A stretch of 64,000 nt of DNA from Rhynchobatus australiae (GCA_034780895.1 JAUZTB010000033.1:28715335-28779334), one strand, 5' to 3'; shown: positions 49,336 through 62,821, counted from the stretch's first letter. A program made the numbers and translations. The notes: generated from the letters alone by a model not told the origin.

Positions 49336-52084
49336 TACCTGTGTTAATAGCAATGAACCAGCCCTTTTCTCAAATGGCATTTGTGCTCCTTCCATTTCTC
49401 ATCATCCAACTCTATCGAATTCTAATTTTTTCCAACTTTCTGGGGATTCTGATGTCCAAAGTGAGAACTCACGGCTCTTATTAACCCTTACCAATAAATT
49501 CAGTTTGGGACTTTGCCTCTTTTATAACATCTACTTGAAGTTCACTTTCTTCCAACCCACTTACCCAATCTTTAAAATCCTAATTTTTACCGTCATCAGA
49601 AAACATTCACCCTTAGCTGTGTAGCTTCTCTTTTTCAGTGATTGCAATCTCCATCTCGAACCACAGTGCCTGCTCTGCTGTAATGCCACAGTTCCTCTGT
49701 GTTCCCTAAATGCTTCCATCCAAATAAACTCTGCAGTCAGTACTCATGGCCATTTGACCTTGCTGTTTCCTGTACTTTTCAGCATTGGTTGTAAGTAACA
49801 CCTTTCTGACAATGTCTTTGTATATTCACCATAAGGCAACATAAATATAAATTGAGTTAAAAATATTGATTCCTGTCATGGAGACAACTAATAAGTTCTC
49901 TTTTCAGGTGCTGAAAGATGTTCATTATATTTCTACTAGTTTCTGTTTCCATTTGAGATTTTTATTATTTTTAGTTTTGTGCATTGCATGTGCTTTGTTA
50001 CTTGTCTGGTACTTAATCCTGTTGCTTCTGAATTGATTTAAAAATAAGCTTCAATTAGCTTTGCTTACTAAAGTTTCATTCTTGGTTATTGTTACATCTA
50101 AAGGCTTGTAATCCTATTTTATTTCCTGGGAGAAATCTTTACATTATATAAAGCTGACATAGGCTATCATTAGAAAGACTTTTGTTGACAATTAAGCAGT
50201 CAAAAAAAAACAATTACCATCATTATAATCATTGCAGAGAAAATTAGTCAATTAACTCAATTGTTATTAAGGCCAAACACAAGAGACTACAAAACAGCAG
50301 CAGAGGAGTAAAAAAAAGTAGGTGCCAGAAATCTGAAATTAAAAACAAAATATATCAGAAATGTTCATCAAGTCAGGTAGCTTCTGTGCAGAGAGAAACA
50401 TTTCAGGTCAAATGTCCTTCTATCAGAGCAGAAAAGTTATAGAAAGTGCCTTCTACCACACAGTGGAAAGAAAGAAAGTGAAATTGCTGCAAATCTAAAA
50501 AACCTAAATGTTCTGGATTTACCTCGAGACTCAACCTACATCAGCAATGTCATTCCAANNNNNNNNNNGACAACTACAACTGCAAGACTTGCTTTCACTC
50601 TTCCTCGGGAAATCTCAACTTCCAGATCCACATACAGACCAACATTGAGAATGTTTAAGAAAGAATATTGTGGTAACAGAATATATTGGGGTAAAATTGT
50701 CACCCTAATCTTCCCATCTCCCACAGTAACTTCGGTGAAAATCAGCAGAATTACAAAGTGAGTTTCTGGTTGTTTCTGCCAAGAGGAAACTTGCTGTAGA
50801 AAATATAATCTCTCAGGCTCCTCTGGACATACAAACTATAATGGACTAATTTTTTCTCTTCAATCATAATTATCATAGGAAATGTAGCTTTGAACATACC
50901 AAAAGATAGTGATGTTTCACTTGATTGAGTCAACCATTATGACTTATACAATGGATAAAATTTCACCTTCCCAACGGGTAGTGAGAGAGAAAAAAGGACA
51001 GAGCACTTAACAGCAATAACAGCAACATAGTCAATTCAAGAAAAAATGTACAAAGTTTAAATTAAAGGCATTGTATCTGAATGTGCAAAGCATTAACAAG
51101 GTAAATAAATGGCACAAAGAGAAACAGGAGTGTTTAACTATGTAAAAATTATATAGTCATGATTCCATATTGATTAGCATGTGTAATTAAATAAATACCT
51201 ATCCCTGGAAATTCAATTGCACTGTGTTGCTTTCTTCAGCACTATGTGATTGAAGATCATTTAAAGCAGGAATAGGTCACATTGGCAAGCATTCCCTGGT
51301 CAAATCATGCCAATGCTGAGATTTAACTGAGTAATTTCTGTCAGATCACTCTTGCATTCACAATATAATTTCCACACCAGGAAGCCTCTAATGCGGAGGG
51401 TGGGGGAAAGCAGGGAGCATGGGATGTCCATGTTCCTTTTAGAGGCTGAAGGGGAACTTGAACCACTTTGGCCTGGTGACTATCATAGAGCACTTTGGAA
51501 TACTATTGTCTTAATCCAGTTAAGTAGACCACTTCTATACGTGGATTACTACACTTCCTTACTGTATCAGCCTGATGTCCTACCCAGATCTGCTAATGTC
51601 CCCAAATTCTTCAATGTGTAGTCAGTCATCCACCTCAACCCCCCAACATGTAGCCAATGCCCAATCCACCCCCCACATCAATTGCCAATAANNNNNNNNN
51701 NNNNNNNNNNNNNNNNNNNNNNNNNNNNNNNNNNNNNNNNNNNNNNNNNNNNNNNNNNNNNNNNNNNNNNNNNNNNNNNNNNNNNNNNNNNCAGCTAGCA
51801 AAGGGACATGCCAGGAGGGGGGTGTCATTGGGGTGAGGTCCCTGCTGCCATTTGAATATAGACCACCCCAAACCCTCCTGTCCATGGATCCTAGGGGCCT
51901 GCCGAGAGACGCGATTATTGTGACCCAGACAAACCTCTGTCATGGCGTAGAATACAAACTGTCCCCTGTGAACCTGAGACTAATTAGGTTCCCCAGCACC
52001 GCGGTGCCCCTTGCCCATGCAACTAACTCTCCACGGCCACATCTGATAGTCTGATGGTAATACAGAGAGCAAATGGACGAGGGG

Positions 52085-52290
52085 AATTATGGAATGCGCT
52101 GCCTGGGATGGTGGTGGAGGCAGATACGTTGGACAGGTTCAAGAGGTTGTTGGATAGGCATATAGAAGAATGTGGGATAAAGGGATATGTGGGGGAAAGG
52201 GGTTAGATAGTGTGAGGTGTGGTTTGATGGGCGGCACAACACGGTGGGCTGAAAGGCCTGTATTGTGCTGTATTGTTCTATGTTTCTATG
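52085..52290 (+). mobile_element. CR1 3' end
   Basis: WNALPGMVVEADTLDRFKRLLDRH, then GGGCTGAAAGGCCTGTATTGTGCTGTATTGTTCTATGTTTCTATG. Confidence 0.9.
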
Positions 52291-52299
52291 ATTCCATGC

Positions 52300-52930
52300 T
52301 TGAGGGTGCACTAGAGCATCTAGAAATAGATTTTTGGAAAGTACAGATAAAATTGGAAACCCTTTTGTGGGACAAATCTGATAATAAAAGATGATAAAAG
52401 AGCATGAGTGAGAAATGATTGTGATCCAGAAACACAAGGAAGTGGAATAACATGAGTGGAGGTAAGAGATAACAGGGGATAAATACTGGTTGTGGTGACT
52501 TACAGGCCCTTAACAACAGCAAAACAGTCGGTGACAGTATTAATCATGAAATCAGAAAAGCTTGCAATAAGCATAATACAATAATCATGGGATTCTTTAA
52601 TCTTCACATAAGGGTGGGGAAATCAAAATTGGCAGATCTAATTCAGAGGATGAGTTCACAGAATGTATTTGGGACACCTTCCTGGAATTCATGAACATTC
52701 TTGGGTACAAGCTAGTTTAGCATCTTCATCTTCCATAATGTAACAGGGTGAATCAGTAACCTAACTGTGAGGGATGCTGTAAGGAAAAAAATGATTGAAT
52801 TGCATCTGGAGTTCAAGAAAATGACAGTTTATTAAGAAGCTAGAGTACTGAACTTCAATAAAGTTAGTAATGTAGATATGAGGGCTGAAGTGGCTGTGAA
52901 ATTAGATTTTAAAAAAAATTGACAGTAAGC
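52300..52930 (+). mobile_element. Old CR1 endonuclease-region fragment
   Basis: Degenerate motifs such as VEVRDNRG..TGC, YRPL, IIMGFFNLH (cf. IMGDFN). Confidence 0.6.
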
Positions 52931-55669
52931 TGCATTTGAGAGAATGGGTTTATACCTCTTTCGTATATGCAACTATTTCCTGATCTTTATCTGGTGATTT
53001 CCAGGAAGTATATGACAAAGTAAAGGTGCTTCCCACCAGAGCAGAGATTATCCAATTATCCAATCACTGTTGCTTCACCTTGCAGAAAATGGAGGGATTG
53101 GGATACCGGCTTAGTCAAGAAATGTAACGAAATGAAATGTATTCCTGGAGAACAAATCTACCTATATTGTAGAAAAGACACTTAAAAATATATAAAATAT
53201 TTAAATTATTGATATACTGAGCTAATGAAATACTGAATGTTAGTAACATTCAAAATGGGAATTAACACCAAATTAAGTTCAATAGCAAAAACCAGTTCAG
53301 TCCAGTGCAACATAGTTATTGCATATAATTGCTGATCATTGCCAAATTCTATTTTTAAAGAAAAATAGAACTATCATTTTCACTAAAACTAGCTGATCAA
53401 ATAGTTAATCAAAAAAATAAATCTCAAGAAATAACATGNNNNNNNNCCAAGACAATGCAGAATGAAGTTACTATACAGATTTACTGGCAGTGTTTGTACT
53501 TCCTAATAGGAGTTTCAACAATGGCCAACAGCATATTTGAAATATGAAGCTTGTGGGTGGATAATGTTCTGTTACATCAGCAGTTTTGACATACTAATTA
53601 TGGAGCATTCTCAGCATTTACTGAAAGTAGCCCTCAATTCAAAAGTCAGCATTAAACAATATAGAAGCAGGTCCTTAAAAATTATGCAATATTGCTTAAT
53701 GGCATTGGAAGTGCTATTCCCTGTAGGGTTCCTTCAGTTCTTCTCTTTGTGTAACTGGTATTGTGTCTATGGATTATATTTTTCTCCTTTTCAGGTACTG
53801 AAGGTAGATTGAGCAGTTTTACAGCAACCTTCAGTTTCTATTTGATTGCACAAAGGTTTCATACGTGTGCCAATGAGGTTGGCACAATCTTTCAATTAAT
53901 CCGCTGTGCGAGTTACTTTAGACATCTGTATGGTGCCATAACATTTTTACCAGTTAATAGAAAGCTTTTTTTAATTTAATGCCTTCAAATTTCTGTTACT
54001 GAAAGCAGCTTTCATACATCATAAATCTATTCCTTACTTCTAAAAACAATTTCTTGACACATTAGTGACATCTTTTTTTACTATAGAAATTAGATTAGCG
54101 ATATCTACAGTACAGTCCTGAAGCCACTGTTAACCCAGAACTCTTCCATTTCCAGTCCATTGGAGACATTTCACCATGGTGCCCTGAGCCTCTCAGTCCA
54201 CTAGACAGAAAAAGGTGCAGGCTTAACCACAGAACCATAGAACAATACAGCACAATATTTATGAGAGGGAAAGGCAAAAGAAGAGAGTCATTGTGACTCT
54301 CAATGAAAGATGGATAACCCTACATTATCTTTATATTTTAGGATNNNNNNNNNNNNNNNNNNNNNNNNNNNNNNNNNNNNNNNNNNNNNNNNNNNNNNNN
54401 NNNNNNNNNNNNNNNNNNNNNNNNNNNNNNNNNNNNNNNNNNNNNNNNNNNNNNNNNNNNNNNNNNNNNNNNNNNNNNNNNNNNNNNNNNNNNNNNNNNN
54501 NNNNNNNNNNNNNNNNNNNNNNNNNNNNNNNNNNNNNNNNNNNNNNNNNNNNNNNNNNNNNNNNNNNNNNNNNNNNNNNNNNNNNNNNNNNNNNNNNNNN
54601 NNNNNNNNNNNNNNNNNNNNNNNNNNNNNNNNNNNNNNNNNNNNNNNNNNNNNNNNNNNNNNNNNNNNNNNNNNNNNNNNNNNNNNNNNNNNNNNNNNNN
54701 NNNNNNNNNNNNNNNNNNNNNNNNNNNNNNNNNNNNNNNNNNNNNNNNNNNNNNNNNNNNNNNNNNNNNNNNNNNNNNNNNNNNNNNNNNNNNNNNNNNN
54801 NNNNNNNNNNNNNNNNNNNNNNNNNNNNNNNNNNNNNNNNNNNNNNNNNNNNNNNNNNNNNNNNNNNNNNNNNNNNNNNNNNNNNNNNNNNNNNNNNNNN
54901 NNNNNNNNNNNNNNNNNNNNNNNNNNNNNNNNNNNNNNNNNNNNNNNNNNNNGGGGAAATATTAAATAATTTATACTTAGAAATACATTAACTAATCCCC
55001 TCTGACGTTCCTAGCTATGCTGTATATGATATGTTTTTATGTTGTATATGAATGCCAATGAGTGCTTATAGTGAATAAATTAATCTTTCATTGTAACTTT
55101 CTGATGTTTCTTAAAAGAAAGCAATTTAACACTACAAGTAATCCCTAATGTGCAGGAAAATATGACTATTTGGTTTTAGAAGAATTAACTAAAAGGCAAC
55201 CTCAGATCCAAGATTATTAATATGCCTGCATGAGCTCCGAAGAATTTTTAGACTTATGTGTCACTTTAACCAAGAAAATTGACATTCTGTTGATGAACAC
55301 CATAAAACCTGAGCCAGGAACAGCAGGTTAGAATATCAAATTAATTGCCAAAAGAGATGCAGAAAGTGAAAATTTTTAAAGTGAGAATAAAAAACAGACA
55401 AGGTTAAAAAGTCTTCCAATTATTTACAATAATTAAAATCTGAAAGAATGAGAATCCACACTTGCAGAAGTTAATTTTCAATTAGGAAGAGCTTCTTTCA
55501 CAGCAATGAAAATTTATCTTGCTGTTAAAACAGTACTTAGGCAGAAAGGGACAGGAATGAATTTCCAGTGATAAGTTTTTATCTACCATGCAATTACAAG
55601 TATATTAAAATGGGGAGGTAAACAATGACACATTCACATAACTGACAGAGGAGCAATACATAAAACATT

Positions 55670-55997
55670 GGACATTATAACACAGTACAGGCCCTTCAGC
55701 CCATGATATTGTGTCGGCATTTAATCCTGCTCTAAGATCTATCTAACCCTTCCCTCCCACATAGTCCTCCATTTCTCTATCATTCATGTGGCTATCTAAG
55801 AGTCTTCTAAATATCCCTAATGTATCTGCCTCCACCACCTCTGCTGGCAGTGTGTTCCATGCACCCACCACTCTCTGTGGAAAAAACTTAGCCCTGACAT
55901 CCCCCTTATATCTTCCTCCAATCACCTTAAAAATATGCCCCCTTGTGTTAGCCATTTTCACCCTGGGAAAAAGTCTTTGACTGTCCACTCAATCTAA
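55670..55997 (-). mobile_element. CR1 3' end
   Basis: VDSQRLFPRVKMANTRGHIFKVIGGRYKGDVRAKFFPQRVVGAWNTLPAEVVEADT. Confidence 0.95.
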
Positions 55998-55998
55998 G

Positions 55999-56097
55999 AG
56001 ACTCTTAGATAGCCACATGAGAAATGGGGGGCTATGTGGGAGGGAAGTGTTAGATAGATCTTAGAGCAGGATAAAACGTCAGCACAAGATTATGGGC
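55999..56097 (+). mobile_element. Second, inverted copy of the same CR1 3' UTR
   Basis: AGACTCTTAGATAGCCACATGA...TTAGATAGATCTTAGAGCAGGAT...ATGGGC is the reverse complement of ~55699-55807. Confidence 0.9.
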
Positions 56098-56754
56098 CAT
56101 CTGTAGTAACATCTTTCACAACTGTGCTCATCTGTAGCTGCTATCCATTGGTCTAATTTTTATATAAATCCTATTGCAATAAATTGGAATCATTGTGTGC
56201 TGCTATTAGACTGGAAGAATGATAAGTACTTTAATTCCCTCAGTGTCCTCAAGGGTAAGGGAGACAAATTAACTATATTTTCCACATAATCCAGTGAATC
56301 TTTTCACAAGAGGCACATACGTGAGTGGGAGAGGGAGGTTTCATTTGTTGATGTGCTCAGGTTGACATTCAATATGTTTCATTTTAATATTGTCCATGTG
56401 CATTCCCATCCACTTTCCATAAACTCCAACACTATTTGCCTCTCTCCTCACCCTCAGACACATTGTTCTCTGATTATCCTTCTCCCTCCCTTTGCCACAA
56501 CTTTGACGTCAATATCCCACATTACCTTATTGCCATTCAAATCTTTAATCTTTCTCCCCTGTTATAAGAACTTCCTTAAAATCCATTCTGATTAAACTCT
56601 AGGTCAAACCAAGCCAATGTCAATTCAAAATTTAAAAAACAGGAAGGAAGTAATTCAACCAGCTTCAATGAAAGCCAAACTGTGACAAAAAAAATGCTTA
56701 CTCAATACTTATACTTCTTACTTTGTCCTAAGCAGACAATTGTCTGCAATATGA

Positions 56755-57027
56755 AGGATCCCCTACTCAAAGCACCCTCTTCTCGTTACCACCATCAGGG
56801 AGGTGGTACAGGAGCCTGAAGACCCAAACTCAGTGATTCAACAACAGCTTCTTCCCCTCCGCTATCAGATTTCTGAATGATCAATGAACCCACGAACACT
56901 ACCTCATTATTCCTTTCCTCTAATCATTTATTTTTGTAATTTATAGATTTTATGTCTTTGCACTGTACTGCTGCCGCAAAAGAACACATTTCACGTCATA
57001 TGTCAGTGATAATAAATCTGATTCTCA
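56755..57027 (+). mobile_element. Rex1/Babar LINE 3' end
   Basis: LFSLPPSGRWYRSLKTQTQ*FNNSFFPSAIRFLN and a 3' UTR ending GTGATAATAAATCTGATTCT. Confidence 0.85.
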
Positions 57028-57887
57028 TTTGTCATCACTTTTCACCACTAATCAACATCCACCATTAAGTAGGATTTATCAGGGTTGTTAGTATTTTCTA
57101 CTTGACATGATTAAAAACTGAATTTTGCGGCACCCATTCAAAACTCTTAATCAGGAAAATGACAGAAAGCTCTGGAAGATACAGGATGGAAGTCAACAGA
57201 CACGAAGCTCTGTACTTTCACATTCAGTGAAGCATTTACAGATTAGATCAGAAACATTGACGTAAAGAAGAAAATGTAATTACATCAGAAGAGTGGTGAG
57301 CATGCAAAAGTGTGAAGTAGCTTTTTACAGAAAAATAAAGTATTGACCATTGAAAAATAGAGCATTGCAGAGGTAGGAGGAGGGATGATGTATTTTGCCT
57401 TCCACCCCTCCCCTCATTTTTGAATAGGGGATACTGCTCAAAAAAAAATCTGAGAGCCTTATGGTGGAACAAAAACAATTGTTCTGATGACAGGAGAACA
57501 GATTTTGTTGCAGCTAAAAATATCAGCAAATTTTCATGAAAACATGTTTGATTAGAATTAATGAGGGCCGATTCTGCAATATTTAATGAGAGCCAAGGTT
57601 GATGCAGAACCATCCAGAATGCAATCAAGAACAAATGATGACTGGGCCCTTGAGATATTCAAGATAATTCAGTGGTACCTTGCAGACTTTTCCATTAACT
57701 AACTGGTTTATTTTCTTGAAACATGTTTCATTTAGAAACATTTCATAAAATGAGGTATGATTAATAATGACCTCACTGTGGAAGCAGAGGCTTTGAATAT
57801 TTTTCATGTAGGAATAGATAGATGATAACCAAGGGTTGAAAGGTTACCATAGGTAGGAGAGTTGAGGTTACAATCATGTTACAGATT

Positions 57888-59225
57888 ATTGCAGGGAAAG
57901 GCATTTCCAATATCCTCCCCAATTGCCTCCTCCACATGACCAAAGAACTTCTCCAAAAATCACAGTGTAGACTCCATCCATTACTGTGGACATGAACTTC
58001 ACTGTGCAACAAGAGAAATGCAGGTAGCAATATCAGTCTTACTAAAGTCTTTGACTCCATCAATCAAGATTCTCAAATTTGGCTGCCCACAGAAATTTGC
58101 CACCATTCTAAACTTGCTTTATGATGTTGTGCAAGGTATTTCTCAAACTCATGGGTCTGTAACAGCGAATATCTCGGTGAAGCATGGGATCAAACAAAGC
58201 TGCGTCAATGCCCCAGCATGTTTCTCAATATTTTTCACTGCAACGTTCCACCTTGCCTCAACAATTTCCCATGGGAGTGGAGCTTCAGAACTAATGGGAA
58301 ACTGTTCAAACTTCGGCAGCTACATTCGAGAACCATGGTCACCCCCTCCCCTTGAGCAGAAGTATTTGTGCATGCTCAGAAGCTGAGTTCCAAACCATTG
58401 TTGTCTCTTTCACTGAAGCACGTGACATTAGCGACCTTGCGTGTAATGTCCTCAACTAACTGCCCTGCTGCACAATTCTGCTCTCCAACAGTAATGGCTC
58501 ATAGCTAGATCCTGCAAAACATAGACTATTTCCCATTTCTTAGGAGCCGCTTTTTGATGAAGGCAGACATTGACGATGAAGAATTGAACCAAACTGAATT
58601 GGTTTATTATTGTCACTTTTACCGAGGTACAGTGAAAAACTTGCCTTGCATACCATTTGTACAGATCAATTCATTACACAGTGCATTGAGGTAGTACAAG
58701 GTAAAGCAGTACAGAATGCAGAATAAATTGTAACAGCTACAGAGAAAGTGCAGCGCAGGTAGACAATAAGGTGCAAGGTCGTAACAAGGTAGATTGTGAG
58801 GTCAAGAATCCATCTTATTCAACAAGGTACTCTAGGTAAAGAATGTTTGAAGATCAAGACCTCAAACTTCTGTTGGGCAGCAATGATCTTGGACTTCCTA
58901 TGTGCTTCCGAGACCTGGACTATCCACAAGGCACTTAAAAAAACACTCACACTGTATCGGCAAACTGCTTCAAATTCATTGCACAGGTAACTGAACCAGC
59001 ATTGCTGTCCTCTCCCAGGCTACACCCACAGCACCAAGGCCAGAGTTAGGCCCAAATTGTTCACAGGCCCATCACTGAAACAAACACTATATCCCTGGGT
59101 TGTCATGGGAAGAGTTTACCAGGTGGACAGAGGAAAAGACCCAAGGATGTGTGCTTTTGAACCCTGGTCCATGACCACTCAAAGTGATGAAGGAGAATTC
59201 TTGAGTCCATGTATCAAGAGCAACA
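57888..59225 (+). mobile_element. RTE (BovB-like) LINE fragment, in two pieces (57888-58585 and 58820-59225)
   Basis: AGK...LQKSQC, QEKCR, LKFGCPQKFATIL, VKHGIKQSCVNAPACFSIF, KADIDDE; then MFEDQDLK, LCASETWT, LPGGQRKR. Confidence 0.8.
58590..58820 (-). mobile_element. Rex1 3' UTR piece
   Basis: Reverse complement of the 19195-19525 Rex1 3' UTR (TTGGTTTATTATTGTCAC...CAGTGAAAAACTT...GTGAGGTCAAGAATCCATCTTAT). Confidence 0.9.
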
Positions 59226-59228
59226 GAA

Positions 59229-59512
59229 AAACAGCAGGATAGAAGCTGTCCTTGAGCTTGGAAGTACATGTTCTCAAGCTTTTGTATCTTCGGCCTGATG
59301 GTGGGGGGGAGAAGAGAGAATGGACAGAGTGGGAGGGGTTCTTGACAATGTTGGCTGCTTTCCCAATGCAGCGGGAAGTGTAGACAGAGTCAATGGATGA
59401 GAGGCTGTTTTTCAATGGATGAGAGGCTGTTTTTCAATGGTGTTCACAATCCTCTGCAATTTTCTGCAGTCTTGGGCAGAGCAGTTGCCATACCAAACTA
59501 TGATGCATCTGG
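59229..59512 (-). mobile_element. Rex1 ORF C-terminal piece
   Basis: YTSRCIGKAANIVKNPSHSVHSLFSPPPSGRRYKSLRTCTSKLKDSFYP; contains a 22-bp tandem duplication at 59390-59440. Confidence 0.9.
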
Positions 59513-59514
59513 AT

Positions 59515-60295
59515 CGGGTTTCATGGGACTTGAGACAGAACACAGAGTTTTGGCTGGTTTTATATTTACAAAGTACAAAGGACATCCAAGATTTGTACTG
59601 AAACAGTCAAATATAGAAGTAACGTTGGGTATAACTGATGGTTTTATTATCAAGAGAGCTGAGGCAGGAACAATGTCAGACAACGTTGCAGTAGTTGAAA
59701 TAGACAAAGTTAGTGATGGTTCAGATATGTGGTGTAAAGGTTTTCTTGGAGTCAAATTAGATTGTGAACACCCTGGTTCAGTTTCAAATAGTTTCCAGAG
59801 AGAAGAATAGAATCTTTAGCTGGGACCAAAGATAATGGCTTCAGTCTTCCCAATATTATTGGAGAAACCTCAGTCAATCATTAGTGGATTTTGCACATCT
59901 GGAAAATTTAGAGACAGTGTTGGGGTCAGGAGGGTAAAGATGTAAAGATGAGGGTCATTAGTGTACATATTCTCAGATGCTAAGGGTTGCATGCAGATGG
60001 GAGGTGTGAGGACTGATGGATCCCTGGGGAACACCAGAAATAACGGTGCAGGCTTGGGAAGAGAATCCATTACTAGTGATTCTCAGGCTACAACGGGATA
60101 GACAAGAATAGAATCAGTTGAGTGTGGCCCCCCTCAGCTGGATTGCAATACGGTCAATCAAATCAAAGACTGCAGAGAGACCAAGGGGAAATAAATTAAT
60201 TTGGTCACACTCACAATGAATGTCGTTAGTGGCTTTGTTCAGAGCTGTTTTAATACTGTAGCAAGGACAGAAACCTGACTGACAGGGTTCAGATG
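59515..60295 (-). mobile_element. L2 LINE RT fragment
   Basis: Minus strand EPCQSGFCPCYSIKTALNKATNDI, LSAVFDLID, SGVPQGSI, YTNDPHLY (cf. YADDTQLY), NIGKTEAIIFGP. Confidence 0.8.
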
Positions 60296-61849
60296 TGGTT
60301 GCTATAGTAAGAAAGGCATGAATTTGGAAATAATGTTATAAAATAATGTACAGGGCTCCGTTTAACAGTACATCTGGAGAGACAATAACAAAGGATTTCC
60401 CTAATGCCGGAGCTTAGATTCTGAATTCAAATCTTTCAGTGGCATTCATATCCATAATCCTCTATCTCAAAAATTAGACCACTCCAAGCTGAAGCAGAAT
60501 TACCATTCATTGCAACACAAAGTCTGTTTTAAAGACACCACAAACTTTTTGTCAGTCTGCTGAATTGATTTATTGAGGGAAGCATTATACCAAATGAGTT
60601 TTGTTGAAAGAAAAAATACAAAGAATAATCAACATTGTAATCAATTTGTATTGTACACATTTATGGAACCAACCACTTTAATTAACAGGTCTACATACAG
60701 TGAATAAAATAGAAATGCACACATTTTCAAATTATAGCCATTTATTAGAGTTTGAAAGCACATGGGTTTTCAAGAAAACAAAGGGTTGCAGATCCTGTTT
60801 TGCATATTAAAATAGCTTGAAATGTATATATGAGGTGGGGAAGAAGTATAGGGTAACTTTTTAATGATATTTGGGATGTTGGTTCAGCTCTAAAACGCGT
60901 AAGAAATGTGGCTGTCCTTTTGCAGAAATCAGACCTGGTTTCTGTAATTGAGCTTCTGGCTCCAAATGGAATATTCTTGAAAATACGAAGGGGCCATAGG
61001 TTTCTTCCGAAAGCAATTAACCTCTGTAGGAATGAAGGGAGAGGTGATAGCTCTGGAAACACGGAGAAAATGGCTAAAATTTTTAAGTCCGTTGGATACA
61101 AGGCAAAGGGTACTGTGATCAATGTATGGGTGGTGATTTTCAAAGTTATCCTGGAATCAGGATGGCTTGTTACATGGTTGAATAAACAGTGGAACAAAGG
61201 AACCAGAGTCTCTTCTGATTACTACGGGTGTGAAGAGTAAATGATTCCAACAGCATGTTCGTGTGCACATAAAGTGCATGACAAAATGACCACTTATAAT
61301 TTCAGGGTTTTTGCAAAAAGGAAAAACTTAGTTGCAGGATGTCTTTATTTGGCTGTAGCCCTTAAGGCAGTGGTCCTTAATGCAATAGGTTGTGGGTTGA
61401 ACTTTGTCACGTCATGGCAACTAACACTGAAGCAGGCACCCCACTTCACTAATGTTAGGTATCATATTGGAGGAGGTAGACACATTGGGTAAAGATCAGG
61501 CTCTGCCCAGACCACCACAGAGAAAGTAGACGGCTACACAGCAAAAGACTCAGAAATTTTGTTCAATGCATTCTAGAGTCCATATTAATTGTGTAAACGA
61601 TGAACAATAGTGCTCCTAGCATCTGTTACTGTGTAACATCACTTTCCACCATTTGTCAGTTGGAGTAGATCCTGAACCCCTCTGATCCATGCCTCCTCTT
61701 CTGTAAACAAGTGCCTATCCATTCCGATTCTTGCCCCTAACTCTGCATATTCAGATACAAGTCTATGATCTGATGCTTTATTGATACCCTTTTGCAAATC
61801 CAGCTACATATCTGCTACACTATCACCTTCTATTCCTCCTATTATTTTA

Positions 61850-62020
61850 GGGAATTCATTATGGTTGATCATGTATAACCTTGATTTTATTAAATCTGTT
61901 CTATTGTATATTTATTTAATTAATTGAATGGAATTTCTCCAATTCTGTGACAGGATATGGACACAACTCTAGGTCATTAATCCAAGCCTCTGCATTACTA
62001 ATCTAGCGACATAACCACAG
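61850..62020 (-). mobile_element. tRNA-like head of the same family as 32530 and 63300
   Basis: GGTCATTAATCCAAGCCTCTGCATTACTAATC is the reverse complement of the CCAGAGGCTTGGACTAATGATCC motif at ~32579. Confidence 0.6.
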
Positions 62021-62821
62021 CAGGGTCTTGGTTCTTGCAAACCAAATGCAAAGGGTAGGTACCCGACGGATGTACGACAGTTTGTGTCTCTCATAACCCA
62101 CAGATGATTTGAGGACAAAGACACTTTTACATCCTGGTCTCAGTTGTTTGACTCCTTCAAGTGACTGACCTCTACTTCTCAAAGCATACAATAGCTCAGT
62201 GTGATTGGTCTGCCAATGCCAGGCCATAAACTCAGTCACAAGAGACTCCNNNNNNNNNNNNNNNNNNNNNNNNNNNNNNNNNNNNNNNNNNNNNNNNNNN
62301 NNNNNNNNNNNNNNNNNNNNNNNNNNNNNNNNNNNNNNNNNNNNNNNNNTCTAGTTCCCATTTAAATATAGCAATGGTATTTATGACACAGGAATTGCAT
62401 TAAAAATAATCCTGCTGCTAATCACAATACAGAGCCCTGAGAGAACAATTGATTCAAATTATTAATCAATGTTTCTGTGAATCAATCTTTAGTTACATGA
62501 TGTTCCAGGAATGCTAGCATTTCACCTGTTGCTTCCTCAAATGAGCAAACAAGTGCTTCTCTCTGCAAGAGGGAGCCCTGAGCCTGTGTAATTTGGTAGG
62601 TAAAACAAAGGCTTTCTCCTGGTGAAAAGCTACATGAATTATTCTGCATCTGTACCTAATTACAATCTTTAGAGACCACGGTTACAATAATAAAAGTCAA
62701 CACAACAAACTAATCACACAATTTGTACAACCAAATATACTTCTTTATGCAATCCCACACTACGTACACAAACCCAATAATCTAACTTGATGATAGTCCA
62801 GGCAAGGATTCATGGTGCAGT

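Noticed and set aside
60745-61240. Overlapping 150-aa (-) and 110-aa (+) ORFs as single-exon genes
   Set aside because: Non-ATG starts and no recognisable homology; only the internal splice-bounded segment is kept as a weak candidate.
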